A stretch of DNA of 64,000 nucleotides, from the NCBI RefSeq assembly GCF_009914755.1, contig NC_060947.1, one strand, 5' to 3'. Below the pieces are notes generated by a model. That model searched no databases. It saw only the letters and a list, made by a program, of their open reading frames with translations, and was not told where the DNA came from. This DNA is from the human T2T-CHM13v2.0 reference genome, Homo sapiens. Both the position numbers and the translations under genes were made by a program. Position 1 is the first letter of the stretch. Every line of letters begins with the position of its first letter. Positions 1 through 14,105 of this stretch are shown piece after piece.

Positions 1-864
1 TCTGGCCAGCAGCCCACAATGCAACAGGGCTCTCTCTTTGTTCCCAGGTGGATAGGCAGGTCGAGAAATAATAGACACACACAAGATAGTGAAAGCTGGG
101 TCCAGGGGGGTCACTGCCTTCTGGTCCCGTGGTGCCAACAATGCACTGAATATACCAGCATTTATTATTAAGTTTAGTGAGGGCGGGGGTAGGTTAGTGA
201 GGGATTTAGTGTCATTTGATTATGAGGTGAGATGGTCACATGGGGATGAAGTAATTCTTTAACATAACATCTGTATGCAGAAGTACAGTATACAGAGAAA
301 GGAATTTACAATATAGTGTGTGCATCGGTAATTTCTAACAGAGCCGTAAAACAGAAACACAGTCTTTCCATAACCTATTATTAGCAAGATATTAATCAGC
401 AGTAACAGTTGCAGCAAAAGCTGGTTACAAACAATCCATAGAAACAGGACTTGAAGCTAGACAACCAGTTAGACCAGAAATTCTCAGAAGGCAGTATGCC
501 TTAACCCTAAAGAAGCCTAGAAGAGCCGTGGCAAGATGAGGGCATTTATAGTCCTATCTTATCCATATGGACAGGCGCCCCTCATGTGTCCATTTATAGG
601 CTCTCCACAAGGGTCGCATTCCATTCCCAGAGCTATGAACATCTGCTTTTCTGGGATAGGAATCTTGGTGATGTGAAACCTCCCTGACTGCACGTCCATT
701 CATAGGCTCTCTGTAGGGGGAAGCACATCACGCGCTGTTGGCTCATTCTGGCAGTCCAGCCTGGCATTGTCTTTACACAATCCTGCATGCAACTTTGTAT
801 TTACAATAATCAGGAGCATTTCATCTTTTATTCCATAGCAGTAGTTTCAGGGGGTCTCCCTACA
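1..864 (-). mobile_element. HERV-K 3' LTR (MER11D/HML-7-like), cut by the window edge
   Basis: Minus strand begins TGTAGGGAGACCCCCTGAAACT at 864, directly after a polypurine tract and downstream of env. AATAAA on the minus strand at 161-166 is followed by about 160 nt of R/U5. Family name is from recalled consensus. Confidence 0.85.
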
Positions 865-880
865 TCTCCCCCTTTTCTCT
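865..880 (-). other. Retroviral polypurine tract
   Basis: Minus strand AGAGAAAAGGGGGAGA immediately precedes the TG that starts the LTR. Confidence 0.9.
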
Positions 881-918
881 GATTTAAATGAACCATAGCA
901 ATCATAGCTTGGCACTGA

Positions 919-2845
919 TCACGACTGGATTGAAGAATATTTTTTTCCAATTTTACATATGAACAATAAACCAATAGCACAAATTATACACAGAACAAAA
1001 TTAACGATAGTGGATCCTCCCAAAGATTTTACCCATTGAATGGGGTTGAGGTTAGATAACCCCTCAGAGATACCGTCTAAAACTTCAGGACCGGGTAAAG
1101 CAGTTAAGTGTGCTTGAGAGGCCTCAAAAATCTGTTGTTTTAGCTTGCTTATGTCTAAACTTAAATTGTCTTCACTTCTTTGTAAATGGCGTTTTACTGA
1201 TTCCCAATTGTGAACAGACTCATTATATTGAAACAGAGTTATACAAAAATCAGAATTATTCCAATCACATTGCATTTATAATCTATGTTCTAAACTCAAT
1301 TCTATCTCCCATCCATATAACAGTTTGTCTTAGATCATTAATTTGATTGGCCAATTTTTGATCAATACCTGACTGAGAATTCCACATCCAAGTAGAATTT
1401 TTTTGCCATTTATCCACAAAATGAACAGTTTGAATAGATTGATGTAATGCAACTCCAGCAGTAGCAGCAGTCACAGTAACAGCAATCAAGCCCATTATTA
1501 CTGCAATTAATGTAAAAATAAATCGTTTACTCCTTTTAAGAGTTTTCCGTAGAATATTATTAATAACATGGATAGAAGGGGAAGATTCCCAAGGCCTGTG
1601 TAAGGCTACGGGGAGCCAAATACCGTCTCTGGCTCTGACTATTAAAATACTATGATATTGATTAAAGGATGAGTCAATACAAGTATACAAGTAACAATTA
1701 ACACAGGTAATTATGTTGGTTTTTGAACTAACATGCATCTTTCCTATAATAACATATATGGTGATTTAACACAACTTTTAAGTGGTATAGTTTTGTTGGA
1801 CTCCATATAGATAGTATATATATTTTGGGATGGTACTCCTTTTTGTGAATATGGGGTGGGGGGAATGGGTTGTATGAGAGGTGGTGGGGGGACATTAGAA
1901 CGAGGGGGTATAAGTCCTTATAATCTTTACTGTCCCATCTTTGAATTGACCTTTTGACAATTGCCATAGTGATATTTTTGGCTGTATGGAAATAGTAGTG
2001 TAAATCAATCTGTTGTCTTAGTTTTTGAGGTGACAAGGTGGATTTACTTATAACACTTTCTCCAGCCCAAACTCTCATACCAGTCATAGCTATGGTTAAT
2101 CTCCATAATTCTGAATGTTCAGGTCCTAAGTGGGGAACAACGAGCCTTGGCTTTGGAGGGGCAACCCCTGCCCCTTTCCACTTAAGAGGAAAAAAGGAGT
2201 TAAATCTACAATATAATAGGGGAGGGTTGTCACTACTTTTTTGATAAGTAATATCATAGAGAAAATGTTGACAATCTCTATGACCTTGAGAGCAATCATT
2301 AGTAATATGACCTTTGGGAGCCCAATCAACAATGGTGTAGTGAGAAGAATTAAATAACACAGTTCCTTCTGAACTAACACAATCCTTCCATATTAATTTG
2401 CCAGCATTTGAAGACAAGTTGAGAGGACATGCAGGTCCTAAAGGCTTATATTGGGATGTGTGAATATAATCAGTGATTCCTGTTTTGATCTGCCTTAGAG
2501 GTTTTAATGAGAGCCCTGATACCAAGTGTCCTAAAGGAGGGACAGAGTGACCAGACGGTAGTGTGACCACCCATGTTTGAATATCTAATAAGAGACATCC
2601 ATTAGTGGGTCCCAGGCACAAAGGTGGATACCTAAAACCTAAAGCGATATTGAAAGGGGTTCCTTCTTCTGAAGGTTGGGCAGGACAAGGATCATCTACA
2701 GAACCAGGCATCCAAATACCGTCATTAACATAGACCTCAAAAGGAGCATCCATCCATGTCATGGCTCGAGTAAGAGGAGGAAAAGGAATATAGGCCCAAT
2801 ATGTATAGTTTTAACAGTCTGTGGGGTTAAAGAGGGTGGAAGGAT
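919..2845 (-). pseudogene. env: HERV-K (betaretroviral, HML-7-like) env pseudogene split over at least 3 frames
   Basis: SU start YTYWAYIPFPPLTRAMTWMDAPFEVYVND (ORF 1728-2762); furin site KRSKR and fusion peptide [15 protein letters not shown] (ORF 1283-1738); TM motif CDWNNSDFC and a membrane-spanning segment (ORF 919-1275). Frameshifts separate these pieces. No pol, gag or 5' LTR follows 2845. Confidence 0.93.
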
Positions 2846-3904
2846 CTCATTTTAAAATTATCTAACATTATTTTAATAGCAAGCTGCAGCTCACAATTAG
2901 TTGATCTCTTTGTGATCTTTACCATGTTTTCAACAATATTTAAATAAAAATAAGATTACTTATTTTTGTGAGTTATGTGGATTCCAAAATAAGTTAGAGT
3001 AAAAAGCAGGGTGGGTGTTTCTTAACCTTGTACAAAAAAGCAATAAAAGATTTCCCATGTTGATTATTTCTCATTCATTACGCTTTCTGGGATTCATTGG
3101 TTCAAGTTTTCTCCGTCTTCTGCACATGTGCTTAATATCCCCAAAGGATGTGAAAGGGGTAAACATTTTATATTAATTATGTATAGAAAATCCTGGCTTG
3201 TCCCACCCACAATTTCACCTTGGTACCCCATAGCCAAATACCTGAGACTTCATTTCTTAGAAGATAAACTCAAGCATCACATTGTCCTGGTCTTGCGGCA
3301 TTCTTCTCTTCTTTTTCCACCCAAAGCAATTTTTCTAATTAATTTTTAAATTTTGAGATGACCATTTTACAATCACATGCAGGTGTAATAAATAATTCAG
3401 AAAGATCCCATATACTCTTTACCCAGTTTTCCCCAGTGGTAAACTCTTCTGGAACTATAGCACAATCTGACAACCAAGATACTAACATTGATACAGTATC
3501 ATAACACAGAACAGTTCTATCCTGACAGAAATCCTTCATGTTGCACTTCTATAGTAACACCCATTTCCCTCCCACCACTATCCCCTATTTAACTTCTGGC
3601 AACCACTAAACTTCTCTCCATTTCTGTAATTACGTTACTTTGAGAATGTTGAATTTGTTTATTTTTCTAAAACTTTTACAGTGCTACATTTTACATTTAA
3701 GTCCTCAGTCCATTTTGAATTATTTTTATTATATAACTTGTGAGACTTAGTTCACGGTTCATTATTTTTTGCCTATGGATGTCCAGTTTTTCTAGCACCA
3801 TTTGTTGAAAAGCCTGTCTTTCCTCCATTGAAGTACTTGAAGTACTTTTACATTTTTGTAAAAAATCAGCTGGGAATATTTGTGTGGCTCTATTTCTGGG
3901 TTTC

Positions 3905-3907
<3 letters not shown>

Positions 3908-3956
<49 letters not shown>
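3908..3956. repeat. (TA)n microsatellite, about 24 units
   Basis: Uninterrupted TA run, seen directly. Confidence 0.97.
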
Positions 3957-3959
<3 letters not shown>

Positions 3960-4114
3960 CACCAGACCACACAGTCTTGATGACTAAAGCTATATAATAA
4001 ATCTTGAAATCAAATGGACTGATTTTTCCTACTTTTTTTTTTTTGCAATACTGTTTTAGCTATTCTAAGTTCTTTGACTTTTCACATAAATTTAGTGTAA
4101 TCTTGTCTATATCT

Positions 4115-4406
4115 TTTTTTTTTTTTGAGACGGAGTCTCGCTCTGTCACCCAGGCTGGAGTTCAGTGGCACGATCTCGGCTCACTGCAAGCTCTGCCTCT
4201 CGGGTTCATGCCATTTTCCTGCCTCAGCCTCCTGGTAGCTGGGACTGCAGGAGCCCGCCACCGCGCCTGGCAAATTTTTTGTATTTTCAGTAGAGACGGG
4301 GTTTCACAGTGTTAGCCAGGATGGTCTCGATCTCCTGATCTCGTGATGCCCCCGCCTCAGCCTCCCAAAGTGCTGGGATTACAGGCGTGAGCCACCGCGC
4401 CCGGCC
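4115..4406 (-). mobile_element. AluY
   Basis: Full dimer with Y-type diagnostics (gcaagctc, gccatt, ttagccaggatggtctcgatc). Perfect 16-bp TSD AATCTTGTCTATATCT at 4099-4114 and 4407-4422. Confidence 0.95.
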
Positions 4407-4737
4407 AATCTTGTCTATATCTAAAAAAAAAAATCTAACTGGAATGTTGATAGTAATGCATTAAACCATTATAACAATTTGGGGTAAATTGACATCTGTA
4501 CTATGATGAGTCATCCAATTCACGAACACACTGTGTCTATTTATTTAGATCCTTTATGATTCATTTATTCAGTGTTCCATATTTTTGACATACAAGTCCA
4601 GCACATGTTTTGTTAGATTTACACCTAAGTACTTTATTTTTTCAATGATTGTAAATGACACTATATTTAAAATATTTTTTGGTGTGTGTGTGTGCGTGTA
4701 TATATATTATATATATATACCATACATATATACATAA

Positions 4738-5052
<315 letters not shown>

Positions 5053-6966
5053 TGGTTTTTATATTTTTAATTGGTGTCTATGAATTGATTGCTTAGTTTA
5101 TAAAAATACAGTTGATTCTTGTATGTTTATATTATATCCTGAAACATTGCTAAACAACTCTCTTATTCTAGGAGTTGCTTTTTATTTTTTTATAGATTCC
5201 CTAGGATTTTCAACATAGACATTATGTCATCTGGAAATAGAGGCAGTTTTATTTCTTTATTTCCAGTTTGCATGTCTTTTATTTTATTGTTTTGCTTTAT
5301 TGCACTGGCTAGAACTTCCAGCAACGTATTGACTAAGAGCAGTGATTTTCAGCTGTTGATAAGGGGTCATTTGGCTCTGTCTGCTTTCAAAAATTTGTCT
5401 TTGTGTTTAGTTTCTAGAAGTTTAAATATAATGTGTCTTGGTATGGATTTCTTTGTGTTTACCCTGTTAGAGGTACACCCAACTTTTTAAATCTATAGGT
5501 TTATATTTATACCATATATGGGACATTTTTAGGCATTATTTATTTGAGTACCAACATCATTTCCTTTTCTCCCCAGGACTCCAATGGCTTGAATGTGAAA
5601 CCTTTTGTTATAGTCACACAGGTCCTAGACTATCTATTCATTTTTTTTTCTAGTCTATTTTTTCTCTACTGTCCAGAATGAGTAATTACTGTTCTATTTT
5701 CAGTTCGATGGTTTATTTCATCTATCCCCTCCATTCTGTTTTTGAGCCCATCTATTGAGCTTTCTATTTCAATTATTGTACTTTTTAATTCTGGAATTTT
5801 CATTTCGTTCTTTATATTTCTAATTCTTTGCTGGGACTTTCTATTACTATACTGAGGCTTTAGACTTGATTCATGTATCTTCATAATTGTTTGCTGGAGT
5901 TTTTTTATTATGACTGTTTAAATAATTGCCACATAATTTTAACATGTCTGTCATCTTGGTGTTGGTATCCGTTATCTTTGTTCATTTTTTTTTGAGATTT
6001 TCCTATTTTTGGTATAACTACTAGCTTCCAATGTAAACCTAGACGTTTTGTACTATGTTCTTATTTAAATCTTCTATTTTAGCTGTCTTTCTCTAATACT
6101 GCTCCATCAGGGAAAATAGGGAAATTAGCTCATTGTTGCTAGGTGAAGGTAGAAGCCCAGGTTCCCCACTCAGCTTCCACTGACAGCCAAAGTGAGAGTC
6201 TCCTAACTACTACTACATAGGTGAGAGTTCCAGGTTCTTCCATGGTCTCCACTGATACCTTGGTGGAGGTGGCTTTATTATTACTTGGCAATTGTGAAAG
6301 GCCTCCTCCGACAGAACCCCTGTAGGGGGTAGAGGGATGTCTCATTACAGCTGAGTCGGGGTAGAAGTCCAGACTTCTCACATGGTGTCTCACATAGATA
6401 CTGCAAAGGGGCAAGAGGAGTGTGATTCTCATTAACAACAGGCAGGGATTAAGTCTTAGCTTTCTATTTGGCCATCTCTGATACCATCCCAATGGCATGC
6501 TAGACAACTTGTTACAGCATCCTAAGAGTGAATGTCTAGGCTCTCTAGTTATCCTTTGCTGGCATGGGCAGGGATGGTACCATATTTTTTTCTGTGATGT
6601 TTGGTTGGACTATAATAATTATTATCCAAAGGCTTTCTATCTTTCTAGGCTTCCCCTTTTTTAGTCTTTTAGATAGGAAGAGCAGATCTTTGCTGGGCTT
6701 TTTATGTCTGCGACTGTTGCCATTTCTGGGTTTCTGGCTTGTTCAGTAACAAGTCTGGTGTATATGAGACACAAAGAAGACCCAGGGACCTAACCACTGT
6801 GTCATCCCTTGTGTCCTGTAGTCCTTAGCCTGTCTGCCTTCTTCTCCCTGTTTTTCAGCATCATCTTATGTTTGCTTTACACATAATATCCAGACAGCTT
6901 AGTTGTACCTCGTGGGAAAAATAGGAGATATTATAGCGACTCTATCTTCCCAGAAGCATAAGGCTT

Positions 6967-9877
6967 TATTTCTATTTTTAGTTTTAGTTCTGGGGTACAT
7001 ATGCAGTATGTGAAGGTTTGTAACATAGGTAAACGTGTGCCATGATGGTTTGCTGGACCTATCAACCCATCACCTAGGTATTAAGCCCAGCATGCATTAG
7101 CTATTTGTCCTAATACTCTCCCTACCCCCATCCCACTCGCTGACAGGCCCCAGTGTGTTGTTCCCCTCCCTGTGTCCATGTGTTCTCATTGTTCTGCTAC
7201 TACTTATAAATGAGAACATTTGGTGTTTGGTTTTCTGTTCCTGCATTAGTTTGCTGAGGATTATGGCTTCCAGCTTCATCCAAGTCCCTGCAAAGGACAT
7301 GATCTCATTCCTTTTTATGGCTGCATAGTATTCCATGGTATATATATACCACAATTTCTTTATCCAGTCTACCATTGATGGACATTTGGGTTGATTTCAT
7401 GTCTTTGTTATTGTGAATAGTGCTGCAATGAACATACACATGCATGTATCTTTGTAATAGAATCATTTTTATTTCTTTGGGTATCTACCCAGTAATGGGA
7501 TTGCTGGGTCAAATGGTATTTCTGGTTCTAGATCTTTGAGGAATTGCCACACCGTCTTCCACAATGGTTGAACTAATTTACATTCCCACCAACAGTGTAA
7601 AAGTGTTCCTCTTTCTCTGCAGCCTCGCCAGTATCTGTTGTTTCTTGACTTTTTAATAATGGCTGTTCTGACTGGTGTGAGATGATATCTCATTGTGGTT
7701 TTGATTTGTATTTCTCTAATGATCAGTGATGTTGATCTTTTTTTCATATGTTTGTGGGCTGTATGAATGTCTTCTTTTGAGAAGTGTCTGTTCATGTTCT
7801 TTGCCTGCTTTTTAATGGGGTTGTTTGTTTTTACCTCAAAAATGTGTTTGAGTTCCTTGTAGATTCTGGATATTAGATCTTTGTCAAACTGATAAATTGA
7901 AAAAATTTTCTCCCACTGTGTAGGTTGCCTGTTCATTCTAATGATAGTTTCTTTTTCTGTGCAAAGCTCCTTAGTTTAATTAGATCCCATTTATCAATTT
8001 TTGCTTTTATTGCAATCGCTTATGGTTATTTCATCATGACATCTTTGCCCATACCTATGTCCTGAATGTTATTGTGTAGATTTTCTTCTAGGGTTTTTAT
8101 AGTTTTGGGTTTTACATTTAAGCCTTTAAGCCATCTTGAGTTAATTTTTTAATAAGGTATGAGGAAGGGGTCCAGTCTCAATTTTGAACAAATGGATAGC
8201 CAGTTCTCCCAGCACCATTTATTAAATGAGGGATTATTTCCCCATTGCTTCTTTTGGTGAAATTTGTCAAAGATCAGATGGTTGTACATGCGCAATCTTA
8301 TTTCTGAGTTCTCTTCTGTTCCATTGGTCTGTGTGTGTTTTTGCACCATTACCATGCTGTTTTGGTTATTGTAGCCTTATGGTATAGTTTAAAGTCTGGT
8401 AGCATGATGCCTCCAGCATTGTTCTTTTTGCTTGGGATTGTCATGGCTATATGGGCTCTTTTTGGTTCCATAAAAAAATTAGTTTTTTTCTAATTCTGTG
8501 AAGAATGTCAATGGTAGTTTAATGGGAATAGCATTGAATCTATAAATTACTTTGGGCAATATGGTCATTTTCATGATATTGGTTCTTCCTATCCATGAGC
8601 ATGGAATATTTTTTCATTTGTTTGTGTCCTCTCTGGTTTCCTTGAACAGTGGTTTGTAGTTCTCCTTGAAAAGGAACTTCATTTCCCTTGTTAGCTGTAT
8701 TCCTAGGTATTTTATTCTCTTTGTAGCAATTGCGAAGGGGGGGTTCCTTCATGATTTGGCTCTCTGCTTGCCTGTTGTTGTTGTATAGGAGTGCTTGTGA
8801 CTTCTGCACATTGACTTTGTATCCTGAGACTTTGCTGAAGTTGCTTATCAGCTTAAGAAGCTTTGGCGCTGAGACGATGGGGTTTTCTAGATATAGGATC
8901 ATGTCATCTGCAAACAAGGACATTTTGATTTCCTCCCTTCCGATTTGAATACCCTTTATTTATTTCTCCTGCCTGGTTGCCTGGCCAGAACTTACAATAC
9001 TATGTTGAATAGCAGTGGTGAGAAAGGGCATCTTTGTCTTGTGCCAGTTTTCAAGAGGAATGTTTCCAGGTTTTGCCCATTCAATATGATATTGGCTGTG
9101 GGTTTGTCATAAGTGGCTCTTATGATTTTGAAGTATGTTCCTTCAATACCTAGTTTACTGAGAGTTTTTGACATGAAGGGATGTTGGATTTTATTGAAGA
9201 CCTTTTCTGCATCTATTGAGATAATCATGTGGTTTTTGTCTTTAGATCTATTTATGTGATGAATTACGTTTATTGATTTGCATATATTGAACAAGACTTG
9301 CATCCTGGGAATGAAGCCAATTTGATCGTGGTGGATAAGTTTCATGATGCGCTGCTGCATTCGGTTTGCCGTATTTTATTGAGAATTTTTGCATCAATGT
9401 TCATCAGGGATATTGGCCTGAAGTTTTCTTTTTTTGTTGTATCTCTCCCAGGTTTTGGTATCAGGATGATGCTGGCCTCATAGAATGAGTTAGGGAGGAG
9501 TCCTTCCTTTTCAAGTATTTGGAGTAGTTTCAGAAGAAATGGTATCAGCTCCTCTTTATATTTATGGTAGAATTCAGTTGTAAATCCAACTGGTCTTGGG
9601 CTTTCTTTGGTTGGTAAGCTATTTATGATTGCTTTAATTTTGGAACTTATTATTGGTCTATTGAGGGATTCAACCTATTCCTGGTTCAGTCTTGGAGGGT
9701 GTATGTGTCCAGGAATATATCTGTTTTCTTTAGATTTTTTACTTTATTTGCATAGATCTATTTGTAGTATTATCTGATGGTTGTTTATATTTCTGTGGAT
9801 CAGTGGTGATATCCACTTTTTCATTCTTTATTGTGTCTGTTTGATTCTTCTCTGTTTTCTTCTTTATTAGTCTAGCT
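6967..9877 (-). mobile_element. 5'-truncated primate L1 (L1PA8-10-like): 3' part of ORF2 plus 3' UTR; the L1 half of a U6/L1 chimera
   Basis: ORF2 RT and C-terminal peptides ([16 protein letters not shown] 8540-8923; ORFs 7097-7375, 7469-7936, 8992-9360), L1PA 3' UTR and a decayed A-tail at the low-coordinate end. Confidence 0.95.
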
Positions 9878-9984
9878 AAAAATATGGAACACTTCATGAA
9901 TTTGCGTGACATCCTTGTGCAGGGGCCATGCTAATCTTCTCTGTATTGTACCAATTTTATTATATGTGCTATCAAAGTGAGCAC
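9878..9984 (-). pseudogene. Full-length U6 snRNA retro-pseudogene fused to L1
   Basis: Minus strand reads GTGCTCACTTTGATAGCACATATAATAAAATTGGTACAATACAGAGAAGATTAGCATGGCCCCTGCACAAGGATGTCACGCAAATTCATGAAGTGTTCCATATTTTT: 107 nt, about 11 mismatches to U6 (many at CpG), ACAGAGA box intact. TSD AGCATAAGGCTT at 6955-6966 and 9985-9996 brackets U6 and L1 together. Confidence 0.97.
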
Positions 9985-11417
9985 AGCATAAGGCTTCTAA
10001 AACGATTTTTAAAAATAAGAATTGTGTCCACCTGGGTACCTCTTCCACTGGTAGAAAGTAATGAGCTCATTTAAGATCACTGAAACATCACAGGCCAGAC
10101 TAGAGCTCATTCACAGTAGCTTCCATCTCATCGTAGTTTGATGCAGTCTGTTGGTAATGATAAATATTTTTCTAGACACAATTTCTCCTTGATTGGTTAG
10201 CTGGAAGGCAGGAGAGCTTTTCAGTCTCCCTAGGTGGACTGAGCTGATTATGAAGAGACCACAGAAAACTTGTCTTTTCCTTGATGGCATCAGACTCAAT
10301 AGAATCCGCTTAGGGACTATACACAGGAAAGCAAGATGGGGCTAACTAAAATAATGTAGGAAAAAGGTATTCTCTTGTACCTGATGATCCCCCTTTGGCA
10401 AAAGGGAATCTCTGTCACTTGAACATCTATGTCTCTAAAGGAACCTGCTAAAGGTTACTGCTACAAATATTGGGAAATTGGTTTTACCATTAGATTTTGC
10501 TTGATACCACATTGCATGGGCTGCTTCCCAAGGTGCAAAAGTGTTAGATAAATGTCTTCTTCAATAATTACATAGTAACAACTGAATGTGTAACTACATG
10601 ACACCTTGTCAAAACTCAATTACATAGTATTTTTGTTTTCCTCAACTAGTGCTATTATATCAGAGAAACAGTTATACTAAATCATAATGCTTTAGTGATG
10701 ACATATTTATTTACTAAATGATCAGGTATGACATGAAATTTCTTCTTAAATTATATTTAACAAGATACATAGTAATTTCATCATTTTCTGCTGTTTGCTA
10801 TGTGAAGTAAACCTCCAATTTTTTAAAGTTTCCAGTGTCTCTTGTGGTTGTTATTATTCTTGTTTTTGTTTATTAAAAGTGTTTATTAACACTTCTGTTA
10901 CATTTAAAAGACATGTTACTCTTTCATTGGATAATGTAAATAATTTAGTTTAGTTTTGTCTTCCTGTTTCCAGCTGTGTGTTGAAGATATTTTCAAGTTG
11001 ATAACTTAGATTACAAGGGAAAATTGTCATTGAACACTGCCAGATCAAAGAAAATGTCACTAGTTCTAACAGTTGCTGAGAAATTGACCCTCTTTGAATG
11101 AAATGTAAGCATTGGATCCCACAGTACAAGTAAAACTTCTTTAACTTGAAGATTTTATTCAATAAGCATCTATATATACTGCACATTCTAAAGCTCACAT
11201 TACTTTTCTCATTCTGTGTTATTTAAAATTCTGTAATTTCCTCTACTCCTAATCACCAGGCTCTATAGAACAAACAAAGAGAAATACTTGCATTAAGTTG
11301 CAGACAACTTTAACAATCTGATTTTACAAAAGTCAGAAAGTATTTTTTTCTTGGTAATCCTTATTTGAAATGAAGCATTTCAATAGCAGGCAAACAGCAT
11401 TGTTGACACACTAATCC

Positions 11418-11620
11418 AAGCTCTCTCAATCTCAGTACTGTTGACATTTAGGATCTGAAAGATTTTTTTTGGTGGAAGAAGGGGCTGTCCTCTGCTGTTT
11501 AGTAGTACACCACTGGCCTTTACCAGCTAAATGTCAGTAGCATTTCCCACCAGTTGTGACAACCCAAAATGGCTCCAGACATTACCAAATGTACCCTAGG
11601 GGGCCAAAATTGTCCCTAGT
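11418..11620 (-). mobile_element. MER20 (hAT-Charlie) fossil
   Basis: Matches recalled MER20 consensus (ctcagtactgttgacattt...cagttgtgacaacccaaaat...ccagacattaccaaatgt). Confidence 0.8.
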
Positions 11621-12009
11621 ATGTATCCTCTAAAAAAAGATTAAATGGAAGTTAAATAATGTTCTGATGGAGATTGCAGTGTAGTCAAATTCTACCACAT
11701 ATTAGCCTATTAATGAAGTGAAGCTATTCGAGAAGAACATTTCCTGAGAAGAAAGCTGTATCCCCTGCCCATTTGTAGTTAAGTGCCAATAGGGAGTTTA
11801 TGTGACCTCCTGAAGCTCCAATTCTTTGCCTGATATCAAAAGTATGGTTACGTTATCCTGTGCCTAGTAACTAAAACCAAGAGATGTTGACAAATGTATA
11901 GAGAATAGAGGTGAATAATAAAAAAAGAGAGAAAACACAAACAATACATAAATATTAGTCTGTAAGATTCAGTACTGACATAAAATATGAGTAACACATG
12001 AGCAATAAA

Positions 12010-12345
12010 CTTTTTAAAAAAATCTTGTGAGTACATAGGAGGTGTTGTATTATGGGGTACATTAGATGTTTTGATACAGGCATGCAATGCCTAATAATCA
12101 AATCATCAAAAATGGGGTATTCATCCCCTCGAGCATATTTCCTTTGTGTTACAAACAATCCAGTTATACTCATTTAGTTATTTTTAAATGTACAATAAAT
12201 TATTTTTGTTTGTAATCACCCTGTTGTGTTATCAAATACTAGGTCTTATCTATTATTTCTAACTACTTTTTGTATCCATTAACCATCCCCATCCCCCCCA
12301 ACCCTCATTACCCTTCCTAGCCTCTGTAAACCACCCTTCTGCTCA
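12010..12345 (-). mobile_element. L1MA 3' end fragment
   Basis: ggggtacat...gatacaggcatgcaatg...aatggggtattcatcccctc...acaaacaatccagttatactc is typical of L1MA 3' UTRs. Confidence 0.8.
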
Positions 12346-13778
12346 GATGAACAGTAAATTTAATGGAACATATAGACACTCACAATGCATTTTATAGGAG
12401 ACCTGGTGCTCATAGCTGTTCTTCAGGTTATGAAGTCTATTGCCACTGATTTTTTTTGTCTTTTCCTGACTTCTGAATAGTTGATACTAGGAGTCAATAG
12501 GGTAATAGCCAAAGTTTAAGATCAAAAGTCTCTGATACTTGAAATTGCAACCCCCACCCAATCCCTGTGGAGAGCCCTAAGGAGATACCAGGTCTTATCA
12601 GAGAGCAACAATTCTCTTGTCTTTCTTTGGCAAACTAGAGAGTAACAAAGGCTAATTTATATTGCATATAACTAAAACATATTATAATTTTCTATAACAA
12701 GCAGAAACATTAGTTTTAAAATATGTATGCACAATAAAAAAATGCATAAATGAAAAAGGCAAGATATTATTTGGTTAGGGGATGGATTACAGCCTCCAAA
12801 TATGTCAAGGAATGGCTTGCAGAAAAGTTTCTCTTTTTTTTTTTTTTTTACTATCATGTGATAGACAAAGTCATTTCTTAATTACTTTTCACAGCTTCTA
12901 ATCCCCTAGACTTGTTTGCTATATGGAATCATAATGAAAGATGCATGAACAACAAGCTATGATACTATAATGACACTTGAGGCTCTACTTAAGTTATAAT
13001 CCAAGTTATATGTCATGGCAGATCAAGCACTTCTTTTGTAAATACTTTTTGTTAAATCATAAAGTTCCTTACTAGGGGGAACATAACTAGCTCTATGATT
13101 TAAACTCAGAAAGGTAACCAGGAATTAAATATCTTGTTAAAAGTTCACTTTCAGAAAGTTCACTTTCAGAACAAGGTAAAATCATGACTTTCATACAGAC
13201 ACAAAAATTGATTAAGGATTTATTTTATTCATATGGTATGAGGGAACCAGGCAGATATTATAACTGGTTCAAAATAAAAGTCAAAAGAGCTAAAATTTTT
13301 ATGGAGTAAAGGAATGTTGACAAATGGAGACAAAACTGGTTTTTCCAAGGTGAAGTGGATGAACCAAATGTCTAACAGACAGAGTAGAATTTATATATCA
13401 GTTACCTTCAACTTACAAGAAGTTGCAAAATAATTCAGACAAGGAACAATGAACAATGAACAGAACAATGATTTTGCTTAAATCAGGCCTAAAGGCTAGA
13501 GATGATGTATCATTTCCCACCAAAACATATCAATTTTTACTAAAATTCCCCTCCTTTTTGATCAAAAAAGCCTGAAAAATTATCTTGATCAAAAAATAAG
13601 ACATATCATCAGACTGGACCTAATTATTTATGAAAGTGCAGCAAGTGTGCTAATTTGCCATATGGACCTTCTTAAGTTTATTTTGATGGATGTTTTCATA
13701 AAGAATCTCAGATTGGACTTTTAAAAGCTCTTTATTATGTGTGGACCTGAGGCTAGGAAACAAGGATTTTGCCAATAG

Positions 13779-14105
<327 letters not shown>

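Noticed and set aside
1-2845. HERV-K env as an L1-mediated processed pseudogene, or as an intact domesticated env gene
   Set aside because: U5 sequence continues beyond the poly(A) signal, and env is broken over at least three frames with no signal peptide.
9878-9984. Functional U6 snRNA gene
   Set aside because: About 11 substitutions, fused to L1 within TSDs, and no upstream PSE/TATA promoter evident.
13140-13169. Small tandem duplications (15 bp here; 10 bp near 52401; 9 bp near 3829)
   Set aside because: Ordinary slippage events with no array structure; nothing CRISPR-like in the window.
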